A stretch of DNA of 64,000 nucleotides. Source: Gemmatimonadota bacterium. Lineage in GTDB: Bacteria; Gemmatimonadota; Gemmatimonadetes; Gemmatimonadales; GWC2-71-9. The stretch covers positions 48,866 to 112,865 of the forward strand of contig QHTZ01000081.1 in NCBI GenBank assembly GCA_003221005.1. The letters run 5' to 3'. How positions within the stretch are numbered: the stretch's first letter is position 1; each line of letters starts with the position of its first letter. Positions 27,631 to 36,666 of this stretch are shown here, piece after piece. The translations under genes were made by a program, and so were the position numbers. The notes beneath the pieces are model-generated. The model saw nothing but the letters and a program-made list of their open reading frames with translations. It made no database searches and was not told the DNA's origin.

Positions 27631-28889
27631 ACCAATCCCGGCTGCGCCGGCTGCAGCTAGTGGGCGTGGCGAGCGGCTTCACAGCGGGCGCCTGGCTCGG
27701 CGCGGCCGAGGCGCCGACCAAGATGGTCACGCTCGGCATTCCCCCGGTCGTCATCTCGCTCGCGATGGTGCTGGGCGTGTTTCTGGCGCGGTGGAGCTTG
27801 CCGGCGCTGCTCCGCGGGTCGGCGGCGATCGGGGCGGATGTGCGCCAGGCGCCGCACCTCGTGGTGTGGGCGGTGCTCGCGGGGTGTCTCTGGGCAGTCG
27901 CCAACACGCTCACGATCTTCGCGATCCGGGACATCGGACTCTCGATCGCGTTTCCCCTGTGGAACTCGAACAGCCTGCTCGGCATCGTGTGGGGGTTCGT
28001 GTTTTTCAACGAGCTGCGGCAGGCGGGATGGGCGCGGTGGGCGGGGGTGCTGGGCGGCGCGGTGCTGATGTTCGGCGGTGCGATGCTCCTCGCGGTGGCG
28101 TCGTCCGGCACGCCGGGGACGAGTGGTCACGCGGCGCGTGGGGTCGCCGCAGCGCTCGCGGCGGGGGTGCTGTGGGGGACGATGTACATCCCCTATCGCA
28201 AGGCGTATCTGACGGGGATGAATCCGCTGTCGTTCATCACGTTTTTCACGATCGGCGAGCTCGTAATGATGACGGCGCTCGCGGTGAGCGACCGGGGCGG
28301 GGTCGCCGCGCTCATGGCGGAGCTGTCGCGCGCCCGCGATGTGCTGTTCTGGCTGTTATGCGGCGGGTTCGTGTGGGTGGTGGGCGATCTGTTCCAGCAG
28401 TATGCCGCGAAGTACGTGGGGATCAGCCGCGGGATCCCGCTCTCGAACACGAACCAGCTGTGGGGACTCGCCTGGGGGATTCTGGTGTTTGGCGAGCTCA
28501 AGGGCGCGGCGGGGGCAAGCTATGCCCAGGTGATCGGCGGCTCGCTATTGATGGCGGCCGGTGCGGCCGCGATCGCGCTAGCTACGGCTAGGCCCGAGGA
28601 GCATTTGCGCTGGCAGGAAGCGGCGGGCCGAGAGGGCGCGCGGTACGGCGTGGATCCGGCGTATGTGCGCTCGGGGCTCGCGGGGGAGGGGACGACGGTG
28701 AGAACCCGCACGTGGCTCGACTGGGGCATCGTGATCGCGGCTACTGCAGTGTTCGTGGGATTTGGGCTGGTGGCTCGCGTCCCGGAGCTGGCGGTGGGCG
28801 GGGGTGCGATGGTGGCGCTGGTGGTCGCGTCGCTCGGCCTGCTCGGGGGGACCGGGTGGTTGTTGTGGCGGACGACGGGGTTTAATTGA
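27618..28889 (+). CDS. GRP/GlcU-like DMT-superfamily sugar transporter
   Basis: Two DMT-like halves (IGLSIAFPLWNSN..WG..FFNE; VGISRGIPLSNTN..WG..VFGE) plus two extra C-terminal TMs. Confidence 0.8.
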   Translation: MDPVDQSRLRRLQLVGVASGFTAGAWLGAAEAPTKMVTLGIPPVVISLAMVLGVFLARWSLPALLRGSAAIGADVRQAPHLVVWAVLAGCLWAVANTLTIFAIRDIGLSIAFPLWNSNSLLGIVWGFVFFNELRQAGWARWAGVLGGAVLMFGGAMLLAVASSGTPGTSGHAARGVAAALAAGVLWGTMYIPYRKAYLTGMNPLSFITFFTIGELVMMTALAVSDRGGVAALMAELSRARDVLFWLLCGGFVWVVGDLFQQYAAKYVGISRGIPLSNTNQLWGLAWGILVFGELKGAAGASYAQVIGGSLLMAAGAAAIALATARPEEHLRWQEAAGREGARYGVDPAYVRSGLAGEGTTVRTRTWLDWGIVIAATAVFVGFGLVARVPELAVGGGAMVALVVASLGLLGGTGWLLWRTTGFN

Positions 28890-28900
28890 GGGGAGGATCC

Positions 28901-29296
28901 ATGTTCTCCCGCCTCGGCTCCATCGCGATTGTCGCCCTAGCATGCAGCACATCTCCCGGCGTTCAACCGCCTCTGAATCAGCCCTTCTCACTGCGCATCG
29001 GCGAAAGCGCTCGATTCCCCGATGCCAATCTCACCGTCACCTTCCGCGCCGTTTCCGAGGACTCCCGGTGCCCCCGAGATGTAGTCTGCGTCTGGGCAGG
29101 GAACGGCCAAGTTGTGCTCGAGGTGCGGCTCAGCACTTCTGTCCGCACCGTCGTGCTCAATACCACTACCCAGCCGCATGAGGTCTCTGTCGGCTCCTAC
29201 CGACTCGCGCTCGAAGAGCTAACGCCCGTCCCGGAGTCTCAGAGCCGCATCCCACCGAGCGAGTACACGGCCACGCTCAAGCTACAGGCTGGCTAG
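28901..29296 (+). CDS. Hypothetical lipoprotein
   Basis: Lipobox ALAC; EDSRCP..VVCVWAG motif; GGAGG RBS. Confidence 0.75.
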   Translation: MFSRLGSIAIVALACSTSPGVQPPLNQPFSLRIGESARFPDANLTVTFRAVSEDSRCPRDVVCVWAGNGQVVLEVRLSTSVRTVVLNTTTQPHEVSVGSYRLALEELTPVPESQSRIPPSEYTATLKLQAG

Positions 29297-29414
29297 CGTC
29301 GTCTGGCTAGCCGCTCTCGGAGCACCGTGACCTCCTGATCGTTGTCGAGGGCACGGTTGCGCCGGGCTGCCACCGGTAGCAGCTTGACGGGAAACGTGCC
29401 GCAGGAGCAGGAGA

Positions 29415-31322
29415 ATGACGGCGGTGCAGAGCACCCAGGACCCGGTATACGCACGCTGGCGCAACGCGCCGGAGCGGTTCTGGGAGGACGCCGCCGAAGC
29501 GGTCCACTGGTACCGGCGCTGGGACCGTGTGCTCGACGCGTCCCGGCCGCCCTTTTACCGGTGGTTCGCGGGCGGCGTGGTCAATACGTGCTACAACGCC
29601 CTCGACCGGCACGTGTCGGCCGGGCACGCCGACCAGCCGGCGCTCATCTACGACAGCCCGGTCACCCAGACGATCAGCTCTTTCACCTATCGCGAGCTGC
29701 TGGATCAGGTGTCCCGTTTCGCCGGCGTCTTGATCGGGCAAGGCGTCGGCCGGGGCGACCGGGTCATCATCTATATGCCGATGGTCCCCGAGGCCGCCGT
29801 CGCGATGCTGGCGTGCGCGCGGATCGGGGCCATCCACTCGGTGGTCTTCGGAGGCTTCGCGTCACACGAGCTGGCAGCCCGCATCAGCCACGCGGGGCCG
29901 AAGCTGATCGTCTCCGCCTCGTGCGGCATTGAGGCGAATCGTGTCGTACCCTACAAGCCGCTCCTCGACAAGGCCATCGAGCTCGCCACGGCCAAGCCGA
30001 GCCGCTGCGTCGTGCTCCAGCGACGGCAGGAGCGGGCGCCGATGATCTCAGGCCGCGACCTCGACTGGTCGGAGCTCATGGCGGGAGCGCGGCCGGCGGA
30101 GTGCGTGCCGGTGGAGGCGACCGATCCCCTGTACATCCTCTACACGTCGGGGACGACGGGCACGCCGAAGGGTGTGGTGCGCGACAACGGCGGGCATCTG
30201 GTCGCGCTCACGTGGAGCATGAAGCACATCTACGGGGTGGAGCCTGGCGAGGTCTACTGGGCCGCGTCCGACCTCGGTTGGGTGGTGGGCCACTCCTATA
30301 TCCTCTACGGCCCCTTGTTCAACGGGAACACGACGATCCTGTACGAAGGGAAACCCGTCGGCACGCCCGATCCCGGCGCCTTCTGGCGCGTGATCTCGCA
30401 GCACGGGGTACGCGTCCAGTTCACTGCTCCCACGGCGATCCGCGCGATCAAGCGCGACGACCCCGGCGGCGAGTGCGTCCGGCGCTACGACCTCAGCCGC
30501 TTTCGGACGCTGTTCCTGGCGGGCGAGCGCTGCGATCCCGATACCCTGCACTGGGCGGAGCAGCGGCTCGGCGTCCCCGTGGTCGACCACTGGTGGCAGA
30601 CCGAGACCGGGTGGCCGATCGGCGCGAACTGCGTCGGCCTGGGGATGATTCCGGTGAAGCCGGGCTCGTGTGCCCGCGCGGTCCCGGGGTACGACGTGCG
30701 CGTGCTGGGAGGGGACGGTCGCGAAGTCCCCGACGGCCGAACGGGGAGTCTCGTCATCAAGCTGCCCCTGCCGCCCGGTTGCCTGCCCACCCTGTGGAAC
30801 AACGATTCCGGCTTCGTCCAGTCGTATCTGAGCACGTATCCCGGCTACTACCTCACCGCCGACGCTGGCTACAAGGATGCCGACGGCTATCTGTGGGTCA
30901 TGAGCCGCACCGACGACATCATCAACGTGGCCGGCCACCGGCTCTCCACAGGTGCGATGGAGGAGGTGCTAGCGTCCCACCCCGACGTGGCCGAGTGCGC
31001 CGTGGTGGGGGTGGCGGATGAGCTCAAGGGTGAGGTCCCGCTGGGATTCATCGTGCTGAAGGCGGGGGTGCGGCGCGCTCCAGAGACCGTCGTCCAAGAG
31101 TTGGTCGAGATGGTCCGCGAGCGGATCGGGCCGGTCGCCTGCTTCAAGACGGCCACCGTCGTTCAGCGGCTGCCCAAGACGCGTTCCGGCAAGATCCTGC
31201 GCGGCACTGTGAAGAAGATCGCGGACGGGATCGAGTATCGCGTGCCACCCACGATCGACGACCCGGCGATTCTCGACGAGATCACGTCGGCGCTGGCGGC
31301 CCTCGGCTATCCCCACCGTTGA
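29415..31322 (+). CDS. prpE: Propionyl-CoA synthetase (acyl-CoA synthetase family)
   Basis: NTCYNALDRH, YTSGTTGTPKG, LAGERCD, HWWQTETGW, RTDDIINVAGHRL, LPKTRSGK. Confidence 0.9.
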   Translation: MTAVQSTQDPVYARWRNAPERFWEDAAEAVHWYRRWDRVLDASRPPFYRWFAGGVVNTCYNALDRHVSAGHADQPALIYDSPVTQTISSFTYRELLDQVSRFAGVLIGQGVGRGDRVIIYMPMVPEAAVAMLACARIGAIHSVVFGGFASHELAARISHAGPKLIVSASCGIEANRVVPYKPLLDKAIELATAKPSRCVVLQRRQERAPMISGRDLDWSELMAGARPAECVPVEATDPLYILYTSGTTGTPKGVVRDNGGHLVALTWSMKHIYGVEPGEVYWAASDLGWVVGHSYILYGPLFNGNTTILYEGKPVGTPDPGAFWRVISQHGVRVQFTAPTAIRAIKRDDPGGECVRRYDLSRFRTLFLAGERCDPDTLHWAEQRLGVPVVDHWWQTETGWPIGANCVGLGMIPVKPGSCARAVPGYDVRVLGGDGREVPDGRTGSLVIKLPLPPGCLPTLWNNDSGFVQSYLSTYPGYYLTADAGYKDADGYLWVMSRTDDIINVAGHRLSTGAMEEVLASHPDVAECAVVGVADELKGEVPLGFIVLKAGVRRAPETVVQELVEMVRERIGPVACFKTATVVQRLPKTRSGKILRGTVKKIADGIEYRVPPTIDDPAILDEITSALAALGYPHR

Positions 31323-31475
31323 TTGCGCCCTGGCGCGCCCCTCTCCGTGGACGGAACGGCATTCATTTGCACCTACGAATGCACCTTCTGCGACAAGTGC
31401 AGTACCACGATGGCTCATAAGTGTCCGAACTGCGGTGGCGAGCTAGTCCGGCGCCCGCGGCGGCGCGACTTATGA
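31323..31475 (+). pseudogene. DUF1272-type Cys-rich protein lacking its N-terminal CxxC
   Basis: Not in ORF track. Reads ...AFICTYECTFCDKC...CPNCGGELVRRPRR and begins directly after the prpE stop. Confidence 0.7.
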
Positions 31476-31557
31476 CGTTGGGGATGGCGGTGCTCCTGGC
31501 AATTGGTGAGATCGTGGTGCAGGTGCGACGTCGGGCAACGTCCGCCTAGCCAGGCTC

Positions 31558-32043
31558 ATGTCCACCACACGTCTCGTTCTGCTCCTCGCGGTAGGTCTTG
31601 CAGTCGGCTTTCTCGTCCTACTACTGCTAACGCCCGGGCCCAGCCCTGAACCGGCCCCGCCACCACCGGCCGCGGAGCCGCCCAAACCGCCGCTTCAGGC
31701 AGACGCCGAAGGGCACTACGTCCCAGGCTACAGCTTCTCGGTAGGTCGTTTCCGATTCACCGGTTTCAGCCTGCGTCCGGAGGCCTTTGTCACATTCGCC
31801 ACCTCTTCTGGTACGGAGCAGGGGGTGTCCTGCCTCGAGGCTACAATCACTGCTGCTAGTTTCCACCTTCGCTGTGAGGACCGTCAGGTGGGCAGCGTCA
31901 CGATCGACGGCAAGTTTCTCACGCGAGTGGCGACGAACAGACTCGATACTCCGGTCGTTGCAGCAGTCGTGACGATTCGCTCTGGGAGCGGAGACATCCT
32001 GTATAGCGCGCGCGACTCGTTCGCCTGGGACTCGGCCCGTTAG
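31558..32043 (+). CDS. Hypothetical membrane-anchored protein
   Basis: N-terminal TM, Pro-rich linker, beta-rich domain. Confidence 0.7.
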   Translation: MSTTRLVLLLAVGLAVGFLVLLLLTPGPSPEPAPPPPAAEPPKPPLQADAEGHYVPGYSFSVGRFRFTGFSLRPEAFVTFATSSGTEQGVSCLEATITAASFHLRCEDRQVGSVTIDGKFLTRVATNRLDTPVVAAVVTIRSGSGDILYSARDSFAWDSAR

Positions 32044-32056
32044 GGCCGGATACAAA

Positions 32057-32989
32057 ATGCACACGTCGAAGCAGGTTCTTGATGCCATTGGCAATACGCC
32101 CCTGGTCGAGCTCCGCCGCCTGGTGCCGTCGGGCTCCGCCCGCGTCGTCGCGAAGCTCGAGTCTGCCAACCCCACCGGGAGTATGAAGGATCGCGTGGCC
32201 CAGGCCATGGTCGAGCGTGCCGCGGCGGACGGGAGACTGCGACCGGGCGGGACGGTGGTCGAGTACACCGCGGGAACCACCGGGGTCTCCCTCGCCCTGA
32301 TCTGCGCCGCGCAGGGCTACAAAGCACACTTCGTGTTCTCGGATGCTTTCAGCGACGAGAAGCGGCACACGATGCGCGCTTACGGCGCCCAACTCACGGA
32401 CGTCGCGAGCGACCACAAGCGAATCACCGAGCAGCTCATCAAACAGATGATCGCGACCGCCGCGGAGATCAGTCGCCGGCCGGCCCACTGGTACTGCGAT
32501 CAACTGAACAATCGAGACGGGGAGGCGGGCTATCATCCCCTGGGCGACGAGCTGTGGGAGCAGGCTGAGGGGCGCGTCGACGCCTTTGTCCAAGCCGTCG
32601 GCACCGCGCATTCCATCCACGGCACGGCGCACACGCTGCAGCGTCACAACCCTCAGGTGCAAATCGTAGCAGTGGAGCCTGCGGAGTCCGCCGTGCTCTC
32701 CGGGAAGCCTTCGGGCTCGCACCAGATCGAGGGGATCGGCATCGGCTTTATCCCACCGCTGTGGCGGCGCAGTGAGGTGAACGAGATCATCCCGGTGGCG
32801 ACCGCCGACGCCAAGGCGATGGCTCGGCGGCTCGCGCGCGAAGAAGCTATCTTCGCCGGGACTTCGACCGGGGCCAACATCGTCGCGGCGCTGCAGGTGG
32901 CCAAGCGGCTGGGTGGGGGCGCCACCGTGGCCACGATCATCGTCGATTCGGGGCTGCGCTATGTCAGCACCGATGTGTACCGAACCTAG
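32057..32989 (+). CDS. Cysteine synthase / CBS-family PLP enzyme (divergent)
   Basis: IGNTPLV, PLP lysine in NPTGSMKDR, HQIEGIG, GTSTGAN, DSGLRY. Substrate loop EYTAGTTG. Confidence 0.88.
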   Translation: MHTSKQVLDAIGNTPLVELRRLVPSGSARVVAKLESANPTGSMKDRVAQAMVERAAADGRLRPGGTVVEYTAGTTGVSLALICAAQGYKAHFVFSDAFSDEKRHTMRAYGAQLTDVASDHKRITEQLIKQMIATAAEISRRPAHWYCDQLNNRDGEAGYHPLGDELWEQAEGRVDAFVQAVGTAHSIHGTAHTLQRHNPQVQIVAVEPAESAVLSGKPSGSHQIEGIGIGFIPPLWRRSEVNEIIPVATADAKAMARRLAREEAIFAGTSTGANIVAALQVAKRLGGGATVATIIVDSGLRYVSTDVYRT

Positions 32990-33022
32990 GCGCGGTCCAT
33001 TGACCGCAATGAATGAGGACCC

Positions 33023-33124
33023 ATGAGCTCGCAACTTGGAATCATCGTCGCGCTCGTCGTCGTCCTGGTGGTGCTGCTTCTCTTCCGCGGCAGATCCAAA
33101 CCCGGCACGGGGGGCGGCACCTGA
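33023..33124 (+). CDS. Small single-TM protein (33 aa)
   Basis: MSSQLGIIVALVVVLVVLLLFRGRSKPGTGGGT with GAGGA RBS; below the ORF-track cutoff. Confidence 0.55.
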   Translation: MSSQLGIIVALVVVLVVLLLFRGRSKPGTGGGT

Positions 33125-33166
33125 CGCTTCGTCCCAGGCAGAGCCTCTGACCAGGGTGGGGTTGCC

Positions 33167-33228
33167 GCATAATTAGCGCTTGAAGCTGGCGCGCGAAGCG
33201 TCCGCAGCTTATGCGCTATTCGCTAGGC
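33167..33228 (+). mobile_element. Degenerate integron attC-like site (62 bp)
   Basis: GCATAAT (R'') TAGCGCTTGAAGCTG ... CAGCTTATGCGCTA ... GCTAGGC (R'), with an unpaired G. Confidence 0.6.
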
Positions 33229-33292
33229 TACCCCGACGGTGCTCCCCATGACCGCTTGGCCCAAGCCAGATCACCACACGCGGAGATCTCCC

Positions 33293-34654
33293 ATGCCGCT
33301 CACCCGCCGACAAATGCTGCTCTCCCTGGCCGCCGGCGCGGCCGCGGGACCGGTACGCTCCCTCTATCGCGAAGCTGTCGCGGCCGAACCGAGACGCTGG
33401 CAAGATCGGCCCCTCCGCGGCCCCGGCGGCCACGTGGATTGGGCAGCCGTACGCGCGCTGTTTCCGCTGGCGCCCGACTGGGTCCACCTGGCGAGCTTCC
33501 TGTTCGTGTCCCATCCGAAGCCCGTGGCGCAGGCGATCGAGCGGTTCCGGCGGAAGCTCGACGCCGACCCCGTCTGGATCGAGCTCGCGCTGCTGACCGA
33601 CTCCGAGGGCCGGCCGTTCGTCGCGGTCAAGCGCGCGCTCGCCGAGTACATCGGGGGGCAGCCGCTCGAGATCTGCCTGTCGTCCAATACGACCGGCGCG
33701 CTGGCGCTCGCGTACCAGGGGCTCCGCATCCGCGGCGATCAGGAGATCCTCACCACCGAGCACGATCACTATTCGCACCACGAATCGATCCGCTACGCCG
33801 CCGCCCGGTCGGGGTGCGGGGTGCGATACGTGTCACTGTACGACGCGCCAGCGGCCGCGAACGCGGATCAGATGGTCGAGCGCCTCGCTCGCGCCATCCG
33901 GCCGAGCACGCGAGCGGTGGGCGTCACCTGGGTGCATTCCTCGACCGGCGTAAAGATCCCGATCGAGGGCATCGCGGCGGCGGTGGCGCGCGCCAACACA
34001 GGGCGCGCCGCGGCCGACCGGTGCCTGCTCATCGTCGACGGCGTGCACGGCTTCGCCAACCAGGACGTCGACGTGGCGCGACTCGGCTGCGACTTCTTCG
34101 CCGCGGGGACGCACAAATGGCTGTTCGCGCCGCGCGGCACGGGATTCCTGTGGGGGCGAAGCGATGCTTGGACCGAGCTGCGCCCCACGATCCCCACCTT
34201 CGACCCGGACGGCCTCGCGGCCTGGGGGGCCTGGATGGATCGCGCAGAGCTGCCCCCCACCACGGCAGCGTTCGTCTCTCCCGGTGGGTTTATCGCCTAC
34301 GAGCACCTGCTCGCGGTACCGGCGGCCGTAGAGCTGCATCGCACCATCGGGCGCGACCGCATCGCAGCCCGGATCGCCGAGCTGAACGCTGCGTTCCGAG
34401 AGGGCGCGGCGAAGCTCCGGGGTGTGACGGTTCACACGCCGCGCGATCCCAGCATCTCCGGCGGCATCACCTGCTTCGAGGTAGCTGGGCTCGCGGCCGA
34501 AGAGGTCACCCAGCGCCTGGCCACGCGGAAGATCCGTACGACCAACTCGCCCTACAAGACCTCCTATCCACGCGTGTCCGCGGGAATCATGAACTTTCCG
34601 GAAGAGATCGAGACGGTGCTGCGCGCTATCCGCAGCTTGAGCGCGGTGCGTTAG
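33293..34654 (+). CDS. Tat-exported class V PLP enzyme, PvdN / isopenicillin N epimerase-like
   Basis: TRRQML Tat signal; DWAAVRALF, EHDHYS, VDGVHGF, AGTHKWLFAPRGTG, PGGF. Confidence 0.85.
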   Translation: MPLTRRQMLLSLAAGAAAGPVRSLYREAVAAEPRRWQDRPLRGPGGHVDWAAVRALFPLAPDWVHLASFLFVSHPKPVAQAIERFRRKLDADPVWIELALLTDSEGRPFVAVKRALAEYIGGQPLEICLSSNTTGALALAYQGLRIRGDQEILTTEHDHYSHHESIRYAAARSGCGVRYVSLYDAPAAANADQMVERLARAIRPSTRAVGVTWVHSSTGVKIPIEGIAAAVARANTGRAAADRCLLIVDGVHGFANQDVDVARLGCDFFAAGTHKWLFAPRGTGFLWGRSDAWTELRPTIPTFDPDGLAAWGAWMDRAELPPTTAAFVSPGGFIAYEHLLAVPAAVELHRTIGRDRIAARIAELNAAFREGAAKLRGVTVHTPRDPSISGGITCFEVAGLAAEEVTQRLATRKIRTTNSPYKTSYPRVSAGIMNFPEEIETVLRAIRSLSAVR

Positions 34655-34738
34655 GCGGCAACACGCGGTCCCCTCAACTCCTCTGCCTCCTTGCGCCGGT
34701 GGAGGTTGCGCCCGCAGCTTGAGCAAGATCCGTTAAGC
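34631..34738 (+). mobile_element. Two attC right-half remnants
   Basis: CGCAGCTTGAGCGC-GGTGC-GTTAGGC (34631-34656) and CGCAGCTTGAGCAA-GATCC-GTTAAGC (34713-34738); both end in GTTRRRY. Confidence 0.55.
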
Positions 34739-34783
34739 GGACGCCACCCTAGTTTCTTGCGTCCAGCAACAAGGAGAGGACAT

Positions 34784-34984
34784 ATGCGATCCTACCTCCG
34801 CGTCTCCGGTGCTCTCTTCGGCGTGATTGCGCTCTTGCACATTCTCAGGCTCCTGGGCCACTGGCCTGCCCAGATAGCTAATTGGACCGTACCGATCTCA
34901 GTTTCGTGGATCGCCATTCCCGCAGCCGCCGCGCTTTCCATCTGGGCCTTCCGGCTGCTCCGTCAGACGGCCGTGTCATCCTGA
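34784..34984 (+). CDS. Small two-TM membrane protein (66 aa), cassette-like
   Basis: MRSYLRVSGALFGVIALLHILRL...; strong AGGAGAGGA RBS. Confidence 0.75.
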   Translation: MRSYLRVSGALFGVIALLHILRLLGHWPAQIANWTVPISVSWIAIPAAAALSIWAFRLLRQTAVSS

Positions 34985-35065
34985 CGGAGTGTTCGGGCTG
35001 CTCAAGCTGACGGCGAGATCGCGGACGAATGCTGTTCCTCGCTCGCTTGGCATCCCACGTCGCTA

Positions 35066-35530
35066 CCTAAGCACGCCGGCCACAGCGACCCTTCCGCGCA
35101 CCAGCCTTCCGCCGGACGCCTGGCGACCAGCGCCACCCTGCACTGTCTCGCAGGATGTGGCCTCGGCGAAGTCTCAGGCGACGCCCTCGGCACCGGTCTC
35201 AACCTGTCCAACGGCGCGACGATCGGCCTGGGCCTGTCGTTCGGCCTCATCGGCGGGTTCGCGCTGGGAATTGTTCCCTACCGGCGGCGCGGTGTGCCGT
35301 TCGGCGCAGCGGCTCGTGCAGTCTTGATCACCGAAGGGATCAGCATCGCCGTCATGGAAGCGGCTGAAGCGGCCGTGGAAGTGTTCGTTCCCGGTTTGAT
35401 GGCCGCTACGCTCACCCAGACGTTCTATTGGATTGGCATGGCCGGCGCCCTGATCGCCGGGTTCGTCGCTGCGTGGCCCGTGAACCTTGTGCTCGCTCGA
35501 CGCGGCGTCAGACACGTCCACGGAAGCTAG
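35066..35530 (+). CDS. DUF4396-like membrane protein, no canonical start upstream of the domain
   Basis: In frame with ORF 35294-35530: ATLHCLAGCGLGEV...SIAVME...AGFVAAWPVN. No ATG/GTG/TTG in frame between the stop at 34982 and 35294. Confidence 0.7.
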   Translation, partial: PKHAGHSDPSAHQPSAGRLATSATLHCLAGCGLGEVSGDALGTGLNLSNGATIGLGLSFGLIGGFALGIVPYRRRGVPFGAAARAVLITEGISIAVMEAAEAAVEVFVPGLMAATLTQTFYWIGMAGALIAGFVAAWPVNLVLARRGVRHVHGS

Positions 35531-35600
35531 GCCGACATAGGGGAAGACTACCCGTCGGGTGTCTTAGCATCGGTGCGGAAGGGCGAAAACTGCACACGGA

Positions 35601-35710
35601 CGCGTGCGTCGTTATTCCGTGCCCTGAAGGGCCGGCTCGGCGCGATACGCGTCTTTAAAGACGCACGCCGTTGGCCGAGCCAGCGTTTCAACGCACGGAT
35701 ACACGCCGCG
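35601..35710. repeat. ~110-nt imperfect palindrome
   Basis: Nested stems TCCGTGC/GCACGGA, GGCTCGGC/GCCGAGCC and core GCGTCTTTAAAGACGC. Confidence 0.75.
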
Positions 35711-35734
35711 AGACAACACCTACGGAGCTCCACG

Positions 35735-35936
35735 ATGTCACCGAACGACCCCAAGAAGTTGAGCAGACGCGAAGCCCTGGAGACCCTGGGAGGCGCACTT
35801 TCCGAATGGTCAAAATCCCACCACGAACGCGAGCGACAACGTCTTCTCGGACGGGACGCAGTACGAGATGGCGACGCTGACCGGAGACACGACCAACGGA
35901 TACACCGCGACCCTGACGATCAGGATCGCGGTCTGA
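35735..35936 (+). pseudogene. Remnant of a Tat-exported intradiol dioxygenase-like gene (core deleted)
   Basis: MSPNDPKKLSRREAL (Tat) joined out of frame at ~35800 to GQNPTTNASDNVFSDG...LTGDTTNGYTATLTIRIAV*. Confidence 0.65.
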
Positions 35937-35951
35937 CGACTAGCGGCGTGT

Positions 35952-36614
35952 TTACGGCGCGACGATCGTCCCGCGCTTGACGTAGTCCAGCTTGGGGAAG
36001 TCGCGCGCCAGGTACGTGTTCCCCTCGGCCTGGATGCGACCCTGGCTCGGGCCGCCCCCGCGCGGCGCCCCTTCTCCGTAGCCCGCAAACAACCGGTCTA
36101 CGACGTTCATTCCCTCCACAACCTTCCCAAAGGGCGCGAATCCCTGACCGTCGAGCCCGCTGTTGTCGCGATAGTTGATGAAGATCTGCGTCGTGCGAGT
36201 GCCGGGGCCGGCGGTCGCGTACGTCACCATCCCGCGCGCGTTACTCTGCCGCACCGGATCGTCGGGAATGGTCCGCTCACGCCACACCGTGGACACCTTG
36301 GGGTCGCCGTGAATGCCGAACTGGGCCATGAACCCCGAGATCACCCGGAAGAACCGCACGCCGTCGTAGTAGCCGCTCTTCACGAGCGTGTAGAAGCGGT
36401 CGGCGCCGCGCGGCGCCCAGTCGCGCCGCACCTCGATCACGAAGGTGCCCGCCGTGGTCTCGAAGCGCGCCCGAAATGTCGCCGGAGCCGTCGCGTCCTG
36501 AATGGCACCCGAGGAGCTGGCGGCCGCCTGCGCGTCGGAACGCTGCCCCGCACAAGCGACGCTGAGAAGGGCAAGGACGATCATGACTACAGGACTCCGG
36601 ACAGGCACGCTCAT
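35952..36614 (-). CDS. Cyclophilin-type peptidyl-prolyl isomerase (lipoprotein)
   Basis: WAPRGADRF, FFRVISGFMAQFG, TRTTQIFIN, FAPFGKV; lipobox SVAC. Confidence 0.92.
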   Translation of the reverse strand: MSVPVRSPVVMIVLALLSVACAGQRSDAQAAASSSGAIQDATAPATFRARFETTAGTFVIEVRRDWAPRGADRFYTLVKSGYYDGVRFFRVISGFMAQFGIHGDPKVSTVWRERTIPDDPVRQSNARGMVTYATAGPGTRTTQIFINYRDNSGLDGQGFAPFGKVVEGMNVVDRLFAGYGEGAPRGGGPSQGRIQAEGNTYLARDFPKLDYVKRGTIVAP

Positions 36615-36666
36615 CGCTCGTTCCTGAAATAGGGGACAGAGAACATAATCAAGGCCCGCATGGCGG

